From: Nitrosopumilales archaeon | Lineage (GTDB): Archaea; Thermoproteota; Nitrososphaeria; Nitrososphaerales; Nitrososphaeraceae | Direction: 5' to 3' | NCBI GenBank assembly: GCA_044507735.1 | Contig: JBIQJB010000003.1 | Span: forward strand, 32,001 to 96,000 | DNA length: 64,000 bases | In this document: piece by piece, positions 62,192 through 64,000 of the stretch | Layout: the number at the start of each line of letters is the position of its first letter | Numbering within the stretch: position 1 is the stretch's first letter | Made by a program: the position numbers and the translations under genes | The notes under the pieces: generated by a model | The model's input: only the letters and a program-made list of their open reading frames with translations | Database searches by the model: none | What the model was told of the DNA's origin: nothing

Positions 62192-63435
62192 ATCTTGAAT
62201 AGCCTCCTTGCTTCATCCAGTGCTCCAATGAAAGTATCTATTTCCTCTTTTGTGTTATAGATATAAAAACTTGCTCGCGATGTTGCAGCAACATCAAGCC
62301 TCTCCATGAGCACCTGTGCGCAGTGGTGCCCAGACCTTATTGCAACCCCATGGTCGTTCATTATAGTAGCCAAATCGTGTGGGTGAATGTCGCCAATGTT
62401 GAAGGACACCACGCCTCCTCGGTCGTTTGCATTGCGCGGGCCGTAGAGTGTAACCCCTTTTACCCCCGAAACAGCGTCAAGCGCATATTTTGTCAGCTCA
62501 ATTTCATGTTCCCTGACCCTGTCCATGCCGAGCTTGTTCAGGTAGTCAATCGCTGCACCAAAGCCAATTACATCAGCAATGTTTGGAGTCCCGCCTTCGA
62601 ACTTGTACGGCAGATCGTTGTACCTTGTCTCATACTTGTGAACCTCCTTTATCATGTCTCCACCTCCCATGAATGGTGGCATCTTCTCCAAGAGGTCCCT
62701 CTTTACATACAGCACCCCTACCCCCGTTGGGCCTAGCATCTTGTGAGCAGAAAATGCCATAAAGTCACAGTCCATCTCCTGGACATCCACCTTCATGTGT
62801 GGAACAGACTGCGCGCCATCGATCAACACAGGGATTCCCCTTTCATGCGACATCTTGATAATGTCGCGGACAGGGACGATCGTTCCAAGGACGTTTGACA
62901 TGTGCGTTACTGACACCAACTTGACCTTGTTGCTGTCAAGATGCTGTTTGTACTCCTGCATCTTCAGGTAGCCGTTGTCGTCCACACCGATGTATTCCAG
63001 TTTGGCACCTTTTTCAGAAGTCAGTATCTGCCACGGCACGATATTGCTGTGGTGTTCTATCTCGGTAATCACTATCTTGTCGTCTTTCTTGACGTTGGCT
63101 CGTCCCCACGAATATGCAACGAGGTTGAGTGCCTCTGTCGCGTTGCGGGTGAAAATGATCTCTTCCGTCGACTTGGCGTTGATGAATTTTGCCACCTTTT
63201 CCCTCGTGTTTTCAAAAGCGATCGTTGCCTCCTCAGCGAGCTGGTGAACTGCTCGATGGATATTTGAGTTGTAATTCAGATAATAATCATGGATAGCATC
63301 AATGACTGCAAGGGGCTTTTGTGTAGTCGCCGCATTGTCTAGATAGACCAAGGGCTTGCCTCCGCTTACCTTTCGGTTGAGGATAGGAAAATCTGCCCTT
63401 ATCTTTTCAACGTCGAGAGCGCCCTTTTGCATCAT
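62188..63435 (-). CDS. sufS: Cysteine desulfurase
   Basis: YLDNAATTQKP, SAHKMLGP, RSGHHCA. Confidence 0.95.
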   Translation of the reverse strand: MMQKGALDVEKIRADFPILNRKVSGGKPLVYLDNAATTQKPLAVIDAIHDYYLNYNSNIHRAVHQLAEEATIAFENTREKVAKFINAKSTEEIIFTRNATEALNLVAYSWGRANVKKDDKIVITEIEHHSNIVPWQILTSEKGAKLEYIGVDDNGYLKMQEYKQHLDSNKVKLVSVTHMSNVLGTIVPVRDIIKMSHERGIPVLIDGAQSVPHMKVDVQEMDCDFMAFSAHKMLGPTGVGVLYVKRDLLEKMPPFMGGGDMIKEVHKYETRYNDLPYKFEGGTPNIADVIGFGAAIDYLNKLGMDRVREHEIELTKYALDAVSGVKGVTLYGPRNANDRGGVVSFNIGDIHPHDLATIMNDHGVAIRSGHHCAQVLMERLDVAATSRASFYIYNTKEEIDTFIGALDEARRLFKI

Positions 63436-63436
63436 T

Positions 63437-63760
63437 CTATTGTCCCAGCTGAATGTAAATTGCGTTGTCCTGTATTTTAACCTTGTAAGTTCCGAGGGGC
63501 TCTTCTGCCGGCAGGTTCTGCGGCACTCCGGAATCCAGCTTGAACGCAGATAGGTGAAGCGGACAGGTGACCGTTTTCTCTTCCTCGTTCAGAATCCCAG
63601 TTGACAGATCGGCGTATGCATGTGTACAGATTCTGTCTGTAGCAAACACTTTGCCTCCAGCCCTTACAAGTAGAATCTTTTTGTCGCCATAATCGAAATC
63701 CAGCAGGTCGCCATCCTTGAGCGCCTTGTCGTCACATACCTTTACCCATTCTTCTACCAT
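63437..63760 (-). CDS. Rieske-type ferredoxin
   Basis: CTH…CPLH. Confidence 0.9.
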   Translation of the reverse strand: MVEEWVKVCDDKALKDGDLLDFDYGDKKILLVRAGGKVFATDRICTHAYADLSTGILNEEEKTVTCPLHLSAFKLDSGVPQNLPAEEPLGTYKVKIQDNAIYIQLGQ

Positions 63761-63788
63761 ATCTGAGATCCCTCTTCCAACACTGCCA

Positions 63789-64000
63789 CTAGCGGTACTT
63801 GTAGTGCTTTTCGAAAATGTCCTGCGTTTCGCGGTAGCGAGACTTTTCTACTTCCAGGATCTGCTCCATTGCTTCGTCCGTCCGCAGCATCAACTGTTTG
63901 CCCTGCCACTTGTTATCGATGAGGTAGTTGACCCATGCCCTGATAGTTGGACCCATCTTTCTGGACAGTGGTTCCAAGAAGCCGGACACGATCTCGCGTT
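63789..64000 (-). CDS. SufD/SufB family Fe-S assembly protein, C-terminal fragment
   Basis: …EIVSGFLEPL… C-terminus upstream of the Rieske-sufS-sufU genes; partial. Confidence 0.6.
   Translation of the reverse strand, partial: REIVSGFLEPLSRKMGPTIRAWVNYLIDNKWQGKQLMLRTDEAMEQILEVEKSRYRETQDIFEKHYKYR

Noticed and set aside
17427-63553. Many long antisense or shifted ORFs overlapping core genes
   Set aside because: Shadow ORFs of well-supported genes

Overview
This window is archaeal and most likely from a soil-type ammonia-oxidising thaumarchaeon (Nitrososphaera-like). The evidence is an 11-subunit nuo operon in the order A-B-C-D-H-I-J-K-M-L-N, archaeal CoA genes (pok/pps/panB/coaBC), an rpoN-eno-rps2 block, a geranylgeranyl reductase, suf genes and three tRNAs (Ile-CAT, Glu-TTC with a D-loop intron, Leu-GAG). 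Two accessory regions sit at tRNA 3' ends. (1) About 1-15 kb, bounded by tRNA-Ile with a decayed integrase beside it. It holds a ~1335-aa P-loop NTPase with 27 tandem 33-aa Gly-rich repeats (split by one extra A), directly followed by a class III nucleotide cyclase, plus a Grs-like radical SAM gene and a decayed PolB2-accessory (iRadA) locus. (2) About 37.4-44.05 kb at tRNA-Leu, with a 9-bp att remnant. It holds two exported orphan genes, a broken IS3 element, a dense array of TGGYRCCA octamers next to an AT-rich tract, a small RHH-like gene and a 590-aa multi-wHTH/PD-(D/E)xK protein. The NTPase-repeat/cyclase pair and the octamer-array/nuclease module are the best candidates for undescribed systems. 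All family assignments come from motif recognition by eye; no database searches were run.
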